64,000 nt of DNA from Nitriliruptoraceae bacterium (GTDB lineage: Bacteria > Actinomycetota > Nitriliruptoria > Nitriliruptorales > Nitriliruptoraceae). The notes below the pieces were generated by a model that was not told where the DNA came from, ran no database searches, and saw nothing but the letters and a program-made list of their open reading frames with translations. Position 1 is the stretch's first letter, and the number at the start of each line of letters is the position of its first letter. The stretch is from assembly GCA_040880235.1 (NCBI GenBank), contig JBBDIX010000073.1:7392-71391 (forward strand), in the 5' to 3' direction. A program made the translations under genes and the position numbers. Below, one piece after another: positions 17,844 through 27,877 of this stretch.

Positions 17844-20494
17844 TCGTGGAGATTCGGGCAGGTCAGTCTCCTGATCGTGGAGGTGTTGCTCATCCGGTCG
17901 CCGGAGCGAGCGACGGACTGACCGCGGGCGAAGCCGCACGACGTCTCGTTCGATTCGGACCGAACGAGTTGCCTGCCGCCCGGCGACGGCCCCTCGTGCT
18001 GCGGTTGATCGACAGGTTGCGCGAACCGATGAACCTGCTGCTGCTCGCGGCGGCGATGGTGTCGGGTGTACTCCTCGGCGAGATGATCGACGCGGTGGCG
18101 ATCGGCGCGATCGTGGCCGTGAACACCGCGATCGGCCTCATTCAGGAGGGGCGCGCGAACCGGGCCCTCGCCACGCTCGAGCAGCTCAGCGTGCCGGAGG
18201 CGACGGTGGTGCGCGATGGTGTCACGAGACGGATTCCGACGCGGGAACTCGTACCGGGTGACGTGGTGCGGATCAGCGCTGGTGACCGCATCCCCGCCGA
18301 CGGGCGGCTCCTGGTCGCGGACGCGCTGGAGGTCGATGAGTCGCTGCTCACTGGTGAGGCGGTCCCGGTACAGAAGTCTCCCTCCGCCCACGACCGCACG
18401 ACCCCTCGCGAACCCGAAGCCCTGGACCGCGTGAGTTGGGGGACCCACGCCACCAGGGGCAGCGGCGTCGCGGAGGTCACCGGAACCGGGACGGACACGA
18501 TGCTGGGGCGGATCGCGACGAGCCTCGATGTCGCTCCTCGTCCCACGCCCCTGCAGATCGAGCTCGCACGGCTCAGCACGCGCCTCGGGACGGCAGCCGT
18601 CGTGATCGCCGCGGTGGTCTTCGCCATCACGCTGGTGCGGGTGGGGGTCAGCACGGAGGGGCTGGAACGCTCGTTCCTGTCGGCCGTGGCACTGGCCGTC
18701 GCGGCGGTACCCGAGGGTCTGCCGACGGTCACGCTGGTTGCCCTGGCCGCGGGGGTCCGCCGCATGGCACTGCACCAGGCGATCGTGCGGCGCCTCACGG
18801 CCGTGGAGACGTTGGGATCCGCGACGGTGATCGTCACCGACAAGACGGGCACGATCACGCAGAACCGCATGACGGTGACGTCCGTGTGGGCGCTGGGCAC
18901 GGGCACCGTGACCCCGACGGAGCTCGACCCCGGGCTCGCGACGGTTGCACGTCGGATCGCGGCGCTCGTCAACGATGCGACGCTCGATCCGCCCACCGGC
19001 GACCCGATGGAGCTCGCGTTGCTGCGGTTCGCCGGCACGGACGTCACGGCAGACGTGTACCGACAGTGGCCGCGCCTCTCGACCTTCCCGGTGGACAGCG
19101 AACGCATGCGCATGAGCACCGTGCACGAGGTGGACGCTGGCGTGGCGGTGTTCGTGAAGGGGGCGCCGGAGACGCTCCTCAGGCGCTGCGTGGCTGGCAT
19201 CGAGCCCGACGGCACGGCTCGGTCACTGACCGACGACGAGCGCGCGGACGTGCTGGACAGTTCCCGTGAGCTCGCGTCCCATGGCATGCGTGTGCTCGGG
19301 TTGGCGCAACGCACCGATCGAACCATGCCGCGAGACGCCGACGAGGCGGAGCGGGATCTGACCTTCGTGGCACTGATCGGGCTCGAGGATCCGGTGCGGC
19401 CCGACGCAGCAACGACACTCGCCGCAGCGGGCGCTGCCGGGATGCGCGTGCTGATGGCGACTGGGGACCATCCGGACACCGCGATGGCGATCGCTGCGGA
19501 CGTCGGACTCGACACCTCCGTCCCGCCGGTCACCGGGGGACAGATCGCCGAGTTCGGGCTTCCCGACGACCCCCTGGCGACGTTCGTCTATGCACGGATC
19601 GAGCCCCAGCAGAAGCTGGACCTGGTGAAGGCGCTGCAGGAACGCGGCGAGGTGGTCGCGATGACCGGCGACGGCGTGAACGACGCGCCCGCCCTCCGCC
19701 GGGCCGACATCGGCGTCGCCCTTGGCGAGCGTGGCAGCGACGTCGCCCGGGAAGCGGCGGACATGGTCGTGACCAACGACGATCTGGCCACCATCGTGAC
19801 CGCAACCCGCGAGGGGCGTGGCATCTACGACAACATCCGCAAGGTGGTCGACTATCTCGTGGCCGGCAATCTCTCGGAGATCGTGGTCGTGGTTGGGGCC
19901 CTGCTGTTCCTGCCGGGGCTCGGTGTGCCGCTGCTGCCTCTCCAGCTGCTGTGGGTAAACCTGCTGACGGACGGTCTGCCGGCGCTCGCGCTCGGCGTCG
20001 ACCGGAACGACGACGGTCTCATGGCACGGCAACCGAGGCCGCGTTCGGACCACCTGCTGGGCCGTCGACGGCTCGGCCACCTGACCGTCCGCGGAGGGAT
20101 CATGGGTGGTGCGTGCCTGGGCACGCTCGCGGTCAGCATCTCGCTGCAGGGGCTGGAACCCGACCGTGCACGGACGATGCTGCTCACCACACTGGTGGTC
20201 CTCCACCTGCTGTATGCGTTCGTCGCGCGGCAGCCCGCCAGCGCGTCCCTTCGTGACCGATTCGCACCCGCGGGGTGGCTGGGAACGCCGTGGCTGGTCG
20301 TGGCCGTCGTCGCCGGTGTCACGCTCCATCTGCTGGTCGTCGTCTGGGAACCGGCGCAGCTCGTCTTCCACACCACCGCGCTCGGGGCGTACGACTGGCT
20401 CCTGATCGCGGCTGGTGCAGGCGTCGGGCTGCTCGCGGTGGCGGTGCACCGGCGGCTGGGTGGTGGCACGGGCGTGGTCAGGGGACGATCATGA
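17822..20494 (+). CDS. Cation-transporting P-type ATPase, P2-type (Ca2+/Mg2+-like)
   Basis: Diagnostic motifs are GLTAGEAARRLVRFGPNEL, VPEGLPTV (TM4), DKTGTITQN, TGDHPDTA and [11 protein letters not shown]. The start could be GTG 17822 (overlapping the DUF333 gene) or GTG 17846 (3 nt after its stop). Confidence 0.9.
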   Translation: MQARKRLIVEIRAGQSPDRGGVAHPVAGASDGLTAGEAARRLVRFGPNELPAARRRPLVLRLIDRLREPMNLLLLAAAMVSGVLLGEMIDAVAIGAIVAVNTAIGLIQEGRANRALATLEQLSVPEATVVRDGVTRRIPTRELVPGDVVRISAGDRIPADGRLLVADALEVDESLLTGEAVPVQKSPSAHDRTTPREPEALDRVSWGTHATRGSGVAEVTGTGTDTMLGRIATSLDVAPRPTPLQIELARLSTRLGTAAVVIAAVVFAITLVRVGVSTEGLERSFLSAVALAVAAVPEGLPTVTLVALAAGVRRMALHQAIVRRLTAVETLGSATVIVTDKTGTITQNRMTVTSVWALGTGTVTPTELDPGLATVARRIAALVNDATLDPPTGDPMELALLRFAGTDVTADVYRQWPRLSTFPVDSERMRMSTVHEVDAGVAVFVKGAPETLLRRCVAGIEPDGTARSLTDDERADVLDSSRELASHGMRVLGLAQRTDRTMPRDADEAERDLTFVALIGLEDPVRPDAATTLAAAGAAGMRVLMATGDHPDTAMAIAADVGLDTSVPPVTGGQIAEFGLPDDPLATFVYARIEPQQKLDLVKALQERGEVVAMTGDGVNDAPALRRADIGVALGERGSDVAREAADMVVTNDDLATIVTATREGRGIYDNIRKVVDYLVAGNLSEIVVVVGALLFLPGLGVPLLPLQLLWVNLLTDGLPALALGVDRNDDGLMARQPRPRSDHLLGRRRLGHLTVRGGIMGGACLGTLAVSISLQGLEPDRARTMLLTTLVVLHLLYAFVARQPASASLRDRFAPAGWLGTPWLVVAVVAGVTLHLLVVVWEPAQLVFHTTALGAYDWLLIAAGAGVGLLAVAVHRRLGGGTGVVRGRS

Positions 20495-21455
20495 TGGCGA
20501 CGCCGAGGTAGATGAGGATCGACAACAGGTCCTGGATGACGGTGGCGAGTGGGCCGCTGCCGAACGCCGGATCGATCGACAGGCGGTCGAAGATCCCCGG
20601 GAGCGCCATGGCGACCGCATTGGCCGTCGCGCAGGCTGCAGCCATTGCGACCGCCACGGAGATGGCAACGGCCACATCCCCCCAGATCAGGACCACGACG
20701 GGCAGGAAGACGACGCCGAGGAGGACGCCCGCGAGGACCCCGGTGATCAGCTCCCGGACCGCGATGTCGCGGATCTTCACGCCGATCGCGAGCCCTCGTA
20801 TCACGAGCGACTCGGTCTGTGTGCCGACGGCATCAGCCAGATAGACGACGCCGGGGACGAACAGCGCCAGGGTCAGGTTGGAACGGAGGCGCTCCTCGAA
20901 GCCGTCCATGAGCACGGCTGCCGCCAGGGCACCGGCAAGTCCGACGAAGAGCCAGGGCAGGCGGTGCGCGAGTCGGTGCCTGACCGATTCCCGACTGGCG
21001 TGCTCCGCCGAATGGGTGGCTGCGAGGAAGCCTCCGAGCCGTGCGACATCCTCGTCGTGCTCGCGCAGCAGGACCTCCAACAGCTGCTCAGGTGGCACGA
21101 CGCCAGCCAGCCGCCCCTCGGCGTCGACCAGCACGAGGCTGCTCTCGCGGTGGCCGACGGCGTGCCACACGGCCACCTCCGCGTTGGTGGATGCGGTCAG
21201 CGTTGGTGGATCTGAGTCCATCAGCGCGGAGATCCTGGTGTCGCTGTCCGCCGCGAACAGCGACTCGATCGTGACCACGCCAACGACTCGCTCGTCCGGG
21301 TCGCACACGGGCAGGTCCCCAACGCTGTCGAAGTGATGCCCGGCGAGGCCGGCGAGGACGGCACCTGCACGCTCGTCGGGACTCAGGACGGGGACCCGAC
21401 GGGACGCGAGTGCCGCCGCGTCAGGTCGCGGGCCAGCATCCGCAACGGTTCTCAT
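20478..21455 (-). CDS. mgtE: MgtE-family divalent-cation transporter lacking the N-terminal domain (CBS pair plus MgtE TM domain)
   Basis: A CBS pair (VCDPDERVVGVVTIESL..., LVLVDAEGRLAGVVPPEQLL) is followed by the MgtE membrane core (LFVPGVVYLADAVGTQTESLVIRGLA, GSGPLATVIQDLLSILIYLG). The protein is 325 aa, against about 450 for canonical MgtE. GGAGA lies 5 nt before the ATG. Confidence 0.85.
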   Translation of the reverse strand: MRTVADAGPRPDAAALASRRVPVLSPDERAGAVLAGLAGHHFDSVGDLPVCDPDERVVGVVTIESLFAADSDTRISALMDSDPPTLTASTNAEVAVWHAVGHRESSLVLVDAEGRLAGVVPPEQLLEVLLREHDEDVARLGGFLAATHSAEHASRESVRHRLAHRLPWLFVGLAGALAAAVLMDGFEERLRSNLTLALFVPGVVYLADAVGTQTESLVIRGLAIGVKIRDIAVRELITGVLAGVLLGVVFLPVVVLIWGDVAVAISVAVAMAAACATANAVAMALPGIFDRLSIDPAFGSGPLATVIQDLLSILIYLGVAIMIVP

Positions 21456-21485
21456 GAGGTCTCCAGTCCGGCGCGATCCGGACGC

Positions 21486-22253
21486 TCAGGCGCGCAGAAC
21501 GTTGGCGAAGATCTGCCAGGCCAGCAACGACTTCGCCACCAGGCTGAGGAGGATGTAGACCTGCTCCCCGTACAGGTAGTCGCGCCAGCGCCCCACCTGG
21601 CGGTACTGCAGCCACTGATTGAGCCCGAAACTCGAGAACAGCACGAACAGGGACACGAAGATCGCGTACACGAACCCGGGTGGGTCCTCGCCCGCGATGA
21701 GGTGGTAGCCGATCGCGAGCCAGGGGATGAGTCCGATGAGTGTCCCGAACCAGAACGGAGTCATCGACCCACCGGGCTGGTGGTCGGTCTCCTGCAGCCA
21801 TCCGAACAGGATCATCGCGCTGTTGGCGGCGAACAGGCCGATGAGGGCAGCGAGGTTCCAGATGCCGGCAAGCGCCGCGATCAGGATCAGCATCACCGAT
21901 GCGCTGAGTGAGTACTCCATCCACCGGGCCAGGTTGTACTCACGCCGCAGGTTCCGCTCGTACCAGCCGCGAACACCGGGCAGGGTCATCAGGAGGTGGT
22001 CGGCCGCGGCGAGGAGCAGGAAGAAGGCGACCGTGGGACCAATCGGCAGTTCGAACACGACCTCAGCCGGAGGTGGTCCGCTCGCTGCGACCGGGTCGCC
22101 GGTGAGCAACGACGCGGTGATCGGAAACGCGAGATCGTTGCTCAGCGCCAGCATCACCCCGGCCTGCGCGAGGTGAAGCAACCCCACGGTCAGGTTGAAT
22201 CGCCACAGCCTGACGAGGTGGCGTACGCCAGCAACAGCCTGATTTGTACCCAC
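21486..22253 (-). CDS. Heliorhodopsin (7-TM retinal protein with inverted topology)
   Basis: The 255-aa protein is collinear, from memory, with heliorhodopsin 48C12. Shared motifs are NLARWMEYSLSASVMLILIA, NSAMILFGWLQE, PFWFG, PGFVYAI and YILLSLVAKSLLAWQIF. The Schiff-base Lys241 codon lies at 21531-21533, Glu113 sits in WMEYS, and His27 and His86 are conserved. The GTG start follows GGAGGA. Confidence 0.9.
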   Translation of the reverse strand: MGTNQAVAGVRHLVRLWRFNLTVGLLHLAQAGVMLALSNDLAFPITASLLTGDPVAASGPPPAEVVFELPIGPTVAFFLLLAAADHLLMTLPGVRGWYERNLRREYNLARWMEYSLSASVMLILIAALAGIWNLAALIGLFAANSAMILFGWLQETDHQPGGSMTPFWFGTLIGLIPWLAIGYHLIAGEDPPGFVYAIFVSLFVLFSSFGLNQWLQYRQVGRWRDYLYGEQVYILLSLVAKSLLAWQIFANVLRA

Positions 22254-22270
22254 GGGCGTTCCTCCACTGT

Positions 22271-22292
22271 CCTGGCGCGAACCTGGCGCGAA
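22271..22292. repeat. Perfect tandem direct repeat CCTGGCGCGAA x2 (11-bp unit) just upstream of the heliorhodopsin Shine-Dalgarno
   Basis: Read directly: 22271-22281 and 22282-22292 are identical. On the coding (minus) strand the unit is TTCGCGCCAGG x2, ending 10 nt before the GGAGGA. Confidence 0.7.
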
Positions 22293-22509
22293 ACGGCCCG
22301 GTTCACAAGAGGCCCAAGGCCCTCACTCTGCTCCTGCCGTGGAACCTGTCGAGCACGACTGGCCATGAGGCTGGCTGTCCTGATTCCGACATCCACGCCG
22401 GCAGGCGGAAGAGGTCATCCCGGACAGCATCCTGTCAGGGGGTCCGCTCAGACGCGGAAGGTGACCAGTGTGTCGGTCGTGACACCCGGATGCGACGGTC
22501 CAGGGGCAG

Positions 22510-22581
22510 AGCGGGTGACGGGAATCGAACCCGCATAACCAGCTTGGAAGGCTGGGGCTCTGGCCATTGAGCTACACCCGC
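22510..22581 (-). tRNA. tRNA-Gly (anticodon UCC)
   Basis: The reverse complement is GCGGGTGTAGCTCAATGGCCAGAGCCCCAGCCTTCCAAGCTGGTTATGCGGGTTCGATTCCCGTCACCCGCT. It folds as a cloverleaf with anticodon loop CT-TCC-AA and T-loop GGTTCGATTCC. No CCA is encoded. Confidence 0.9.
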
Positions 22582-22659
22582 GTGGCGGAGCATGCTACCG
22601 GGGAGATCGGGTCGTCCTGCGACCGGTAGCGTGGTGGTCACCGTTGGCAGGAGGTCCAC

Positions 22660-23004
22660 GTGGCTGCACCCAGTGATCAGCTCGGCGATCGACTTCGCAT
22701 CGTCCCGGAGTTCCGGTCGGACGAGCACGAGCGTGTCCGGGAGCTGCTCTTCGGCAAGCTCGAGCGCCGTCTGTCCCGATGGGAGCCCGACCAGGTCGAA
22801 CTCGAGATCTCCGTCAAGGATCGCGACAGCAACGAGCAGCGCATGACGCTCGAGTGCTGGATCAGCGGCATGAACCGCATGGTCGCCACGTCGAAGCAAC
22901 GCGACCTGTTCCAGGCCGTCGTCGAGGTTCGCGATGACCTGTGGCGACAGGTCGACAAGGAAGTCACGAAGCGAGAGACCGCACGGCGCAGCGGAGGTCA
23001 CTGA
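22660..23004 (+). CDS. HPF/RaiA-like ribosome-associated (hibernation factor family) protein
   Basis: The 114-aa protein has the RaiA-like pattern ...ERVRELLFGKLERRLSRWEPDQVELEISVKD...MTLECWISG...ATSKQRDLFQAVVEVRDDLWRQVDKEVTKRE. It starts with GTG and sits on the opposite strand between two tRNA genes. Confidence 0.6.
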   Translation: MAAPSDQLGDRLRIVPEFRSDEHERVRELLFGKLERRLSRWEPDQVELEISVKDRDSNEQRMTLECWISGMNRMVATSKQRDLFQAVVEVRDDLWRQVDKEVTKRETARRSGGH

Positions 23005-23017
23005 CCTCCGGCATCCG

Positions 23018-23091
23018 TCGGGGTGGCCGGATTCGAACCGACGACCCCCTGCTCCCAAAGCAGGTGCGCTACCAAGCTGCGCCACACCCCG
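23018..23091 (-). tRNA. tRNA-Pro (anticodon UGG)
   Basis: The reverse complement is CGGGGTGTGGCGCAGCTTGGTAGCGCACCTGCTTTGGGAGCAGGGGGTCGTCGGTTCGAATCCGGCCACCCCGA. The anticodon loop is CT-TGG-GA. Confidence 0.9.
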
Positions 23092-23188
23092 GACCGGGGG
23101 AGCGTATCCCCGTACTCTGGTCCACAATCCTCCACGACCGGGCCGCACCTGCCCGACCATCCACTCCACGATGCAAGGATCACCGAAC

Positions 23189-24625
23189 GTGAAGACGTCT
23201 GTCGAGAAGCTCGATGAGGTCAGCGTCAGGCTGACCGTCGAGGTCGAGCCCGAGCGCGTGAAGCGCGCCTTCGACCATGCCGCGCGAGAACTCGCGAAGC
23301 AGGTCAACCTCCCCGGTTTCCGCCCGGGCAAGGCACCCCGGCGCATCCTCGAGCAACGGCTCGGGGAGGGCGCCATCGCCCAGGCCGCGATGGAGAACTC
23401 GATCTCCGACTACTACGTCGAGGCGCTCCGTGAGCAGGAGCTCAACCCGGTCGCCCAGCCCGAACTTGATGTCGACCACTTCGACGAGGCCGACGGCTGC
23501 GCATTCACCGCCACCGTCGAGGTCCGTCCCGAGTTCGAGGCACCTGACCACACGGGCATCACCGTGTCGTTCCCCGACTGGGAGGTGGCCGAGTCCGCCA
23601 TCGACGAGCACCTCGAGAGTCTGCGCGACCGGTTCGCCGAGGTCGACGAGGTCGACCGTGCCGCCGAGTCCGGCGACCTGGTCACCGTCGACCTCGAGGT
23701 CGAGGTGGACGGGCAGGTCATCGAGGACGCACGCGTCTCCGATGCGCTGTACGAGATCGGATCCGGTGGCGTGACCCCGAAGCTCGATGACCTGCTGGTC
23801 GGAGTCGTCGCCGGGGCCGACGTCGAGTTCGAGGACACGCTGCCCGAGGGATTCCCGGAGCACGGCGGGAGCGAAGCCACCCTGCGCGTCCACGTGACCG
23901 ACGTGCGGGCCAAGACCCTGCCCGAACTGGACGACGACTTCGCCACGACTGCCTCCGCGTTCGACACGATCGACGAACTGCGGGCGGACGTGCGCCGCTC
24001 CATGGAACGTCGTCGGGTGCTCGAGGCCCAGCAGCACCTGCGCAGTCAGGTGCTGGAGGCGTACCTGGCCCGTGCCGAGGTCACCCTGCCGCCCGCGATG
24101 GTCGAGGGTGAGGTGGAGGAGCGCCTCCACCAGCTCGAACACCAGGCCGAGCAGTTCCGGATGGACGTCGAGCAGCTCCTGGAGCTGCAGGGCACCGACC
24201 GGGAATCCTTCGAGGAGCAGGCGCGCGAGCAGGCCTCCGGCGCCGTGCGGGCACGCATCGTGCTCGACCAGCTGTCGAACCAGCTCGAGGTCCGCATCGA
24301 GCCGAGTGACATCGAGTTGGAGATCATCCGCCACGCGCAGCAGAACCAGATGAAGCCCGAGGAGATCGCCCAGATCATCCAGGAGCAGGGCAGCCTGCCG
24401 GCCCTGGTGGGCGACATCATGCGCCGGCGCGCCATCGACACGATCGTCGAGGCTGCCACGATCGAGGGTGAGCCGTCCGAGGAGGTCCTGCGCGGACTGG
24501 AGATCGTGCCGGCAGAGGACGAGGACGACGCGTCCGAGTCGGGACTGATCATGCCCGGGCAGGAATCAGCCGCGGATGGTGGGTCGGGCGACGACGAACC
24601 GAGGATCATCGTTCCCGGCCAGTGA
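23189..24625 (+). CDS. tig: Trigger factor
   Basis: The protein reads [58 protein letters not shown] 23189 has AAGGA 9 nt upstream; the in-frame ATG at 23171 is an alternative start. Confidence 0.9.
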   Translation: MKTSVEKLDEVSVRLTVEVEPERVKRAFDHAARELAKQVNLPGFRPGKAPRRILEQRLGEGAIAQAAMENSISDYYVEALREQELNPVAQPELDVDHFDEADGCAFTATVEVRPEFEAPDHTGITVSFPDWEVAESAIDEHLESLRDRFAEVDEVDRAAESGDLVTVDLEVEVDGQVIEDARVSDALYEIGSGGVTPKLDDLLVGVVAGADVEFEDTLPEGFPEHGGSEATLRVHVTDVRAKTLPELDDDFATTASAFDTIDELRADVRRSMERRRVLEAQQHLRSQVLEAYLARAEVTLPPAMVEGEVEERLHQLEHQAEQFRMDVEQLLELQGTDRESFEEQAREQASGAVRARIVLDQLSNQLEVRIEPSDIELEIIRHAQQNQMKPEEIAQIIQEQGSLPALVGDIMRRRAIDTIVEAATIEGEPSEEVLRGLEIVPAEDEDDASESGLIMPGQESAADGGSGDDEPRIIVPGQ

Positions 24626-24725
24626 ACCTCGCGGTCACGGGTCTGCGGCACTGGGGCGCAGGCCCGGGGCGGGTGTCGGGCCGGTGGGTACGCTGCCGAA
24701 TCTCGTGAGCCGATCGGAGTGGTGC

Positions 24726-25400
24726 GTGGAACTGTCCGGACACCCGTCGTCGACCGTCGCGGACCTGCTCGGTCCGCAGTCGCCGTCGAACTACCTCGTG
24801 CCGACCGTCATCGAGCAGACCAACCGCGGTGAACGCGCCTTCGACATCTACTCGCGCCTGCTCCAGCAGCGCATCGTGTTCCTCGCGACGCCGGTCAACG
24901 ACGAGATCGCCAACGTCGTGATGGCGCAGCTGCTCCACCTCGAGTCCGAGGACCCGGAGAAGGACATCGCGCTGTACATCAACTCGCCGGGCGGGTCGAT
25001 CACGGCGCTCTTCGCGATCTACGACACGATGGAGTACATCCGCTGTGACGTGCAGACCACCTGCATGGGACAGGCGGCGTCCGCCGCCGCGGTGCTGCTC
25101 GCCGCCGGGACCCCGGGCAAGCGCTTCGCGCTCCCGCACTCGCGCATCCTGCTGCATCAGCCCTCCGGTGGCGCCGAGGGGCAGTCGGTCGACATCGAGA
25201 TCCAGGCGACCGAGATCCTGCGGATGCGTGACCTGCTCAACGAGATCCTTGCGGAGAAGACGGGTCAGACCGCCGAGCGCATCGCCGCCGACACCGACCG
25301 TGACTTCATCCTCGACGCCCAGGGCGCCAAGGACTACGGGATGATCGACGAGATCATCTCCAGCCGGAAGCAGGCGGCGGCAGCACTCACGACGTCGTGA
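24726..25400 (+). CDS. clpP: ATP-dependent Clp protease proteolytic subunit
   Basis: Diagnostic motifs are [41 protein letters not shown] and [10 protein letters not shown] chose GTG 24726 (GGAG 6 nt upstream); GTG 24705 is also in frame. Confidence 0.9.
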   Translation: MELSGHPSSTVADLLGPQSPSNYLVPTVIEQTNRGERAFDIYSRLLQQRIVFLATPVNDEIANVVMAQLLHLESEDPEKDIALYINSPGGSITALFAIYDTMEYIRCDVQTTCMGQAASAAAVLLAAGTPGKRFALPHSRILLHQPSGGAEGQSVDIEIQATEILRMRDLLNEILAEKTGQTAERIAADTDRDFILDAQGAKDYGMIDEIISSRKQAAAALTTS

Positions 25401-25538
25401 CGACCGCGCCCGGCGACTCGGTGAGCGTCGGGTTACCATCGACCGGCCGTCGGTCCTGGAACGGGAACCGGACCACGCGCAGCACGAAGGGAACCGCACG
25501 GGTCGGAGTGCACACGGGGTGCGACGAGCGAGGCAGTG

Positions 25539-26816
<1,278 letters not shown>

Positions 26817-26869
26817 GCATCCCCGACCGCCGCGCCGTCGAGGCTGCCGCCGTCCGGATCGCTGGTCAC

Positions 26870-27757
26870 GTGCGTCGCACCCCGGTGCTGCACGTCGAGT
26901 CCGGCACCCTGGGCACCTCCGCCGTCACCCTCAAGCTGGATCTGCTCCAGCCCACCGGCTCGTTCAAGGTGCGCGGAGCGATGTCCCTGCTCACGGGCGT
27001 GGACGTCCCCGACACCGGCGTCGTCGCTGCGTCCGGCGGCAACTTCGGGCTCGCCGTGTGCTGGGCAGCGGCGCGCATCGGCGTGCCGGCCGCCATCTTC
27101 GTCCCGGCCACGTCTCCGCGAGCCAAGCTCGACGCGCTTGCTCGCACCGGGGCGCAGGTCGAGGTCGTCGACGGCCGCTACGCCGAGGCACTGGAGGCAT
27201 CACGTGCCCACGTCGAGCGCACCGGCGCACTGTTCGCCCATGCGTACGACCAGTTCGAGGTGGTCGCCGGGCAGGGAACCCTCGCGCTGGAGGTCGAACA
27301 GGACACCTCGGTCGACACGATCCTGGTCGCGTGTGGCGGCGGCGGTCTGGTGGCGGGCATCGCGGCGGCGGTCGGCGACCGGGTCCGGGTGATCGCCGTG
27401 GAGACCACGGGCACGCCGACGTACGCGCGGGCGATCGAGGCGGGACGGCCCGTCGACGTGGAGGTTTCGGGCATCGCGGCGTCGTCGCTCGGGGCGCGGC
27501 GCGTTGGTGACCTCGTCTGGGCCCTGCGTGAAGGCATCGCGAGCAACCTGCTCGTCGACGACGCCGACGTCGAGGCCGCGATCCGGCAGCTTTGGGACCG
27601 CGTGCGGCTGGTCGCCGAACCCGGAGGGGCGGCCGCCGTCGCGGCCCTGACGTCCGGCGCGTACCAGCCCGAGCCGGGTGAACGCGTGGTCGCCGTCGTG
27701 TGTGGCGCGAACACCGACCCGGCCAGTGTCCTCGGGGATCCAGCGGCGCCGCGGTAG
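26870..27757 (+). CDS. PLP-dependent threonine/serine dehydratase family enzyme
   Basis: Diagnostic motifs are TPVL...KLDLLQPTGSFKVRGA (PLP lysine), ASGGNFG and VACGGGGL. The first canonical start is GTG 26870, but conserved-looking sequence ([26 protein letters not shown]) extends in frame back to CTG 26813, so the true start may be non-canonical. Confidence 0.8.
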   Translation: MRRTPVLHVESGTLGTSAVTLKLDLLQPTGSFKVRGAMSLLTGVDVPDTGVVAASGGNFGLAVCWAAARIGVPAAIFVPATSPRAKLDALARTGAQVEVVDGRYAEALEASRAHVERTGALFAHAYDQFEVVAGQGTLALEVEQDTSVDTILVACGGGGLVAGIAAAVGDRVRVIAVETTGTPTYARAIEAGRPVDVEVSGIAASSLGARRVGDLVWALREGIASNLLVDDADVEAAIRQLWDRVRLVAEPGGAAAVAALTSGAYQPEPGERVVAVVCGANTDPASVLGDPAAPR

Positions 27758-27877
27758 GACGTCGAACCTGGGCGCAACCGGACCCGCGATGGGGCATCAT
27801 GCGCGCACGGGCACCGACGGGATCCGCTCCGAGCGCCACGGGGTCGTGGAACCGCTCGGACCGCACACAGGAGGACG

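Noticed and set aside
8590-22510. The accessory block next to tRNA-Gly as a classical integrative genomic island.
   Set aside because: I saw no integrase, recombinase, transposase or conjugation genes, and no obvious direct repeat of the tRNA 3' end. Composition looks like the rest of the window apart from one short AT-rich patch. It is kept only as a low-interest positional note.
22244-22570. 108-aa ORF upstream of the heliorhodopsin.
   Set aside because: It overlaps the tRNA-Gly gene and the heliorhodopsin start, and its sequence is Arg/Ser-rich low-complexity. It is not coding.
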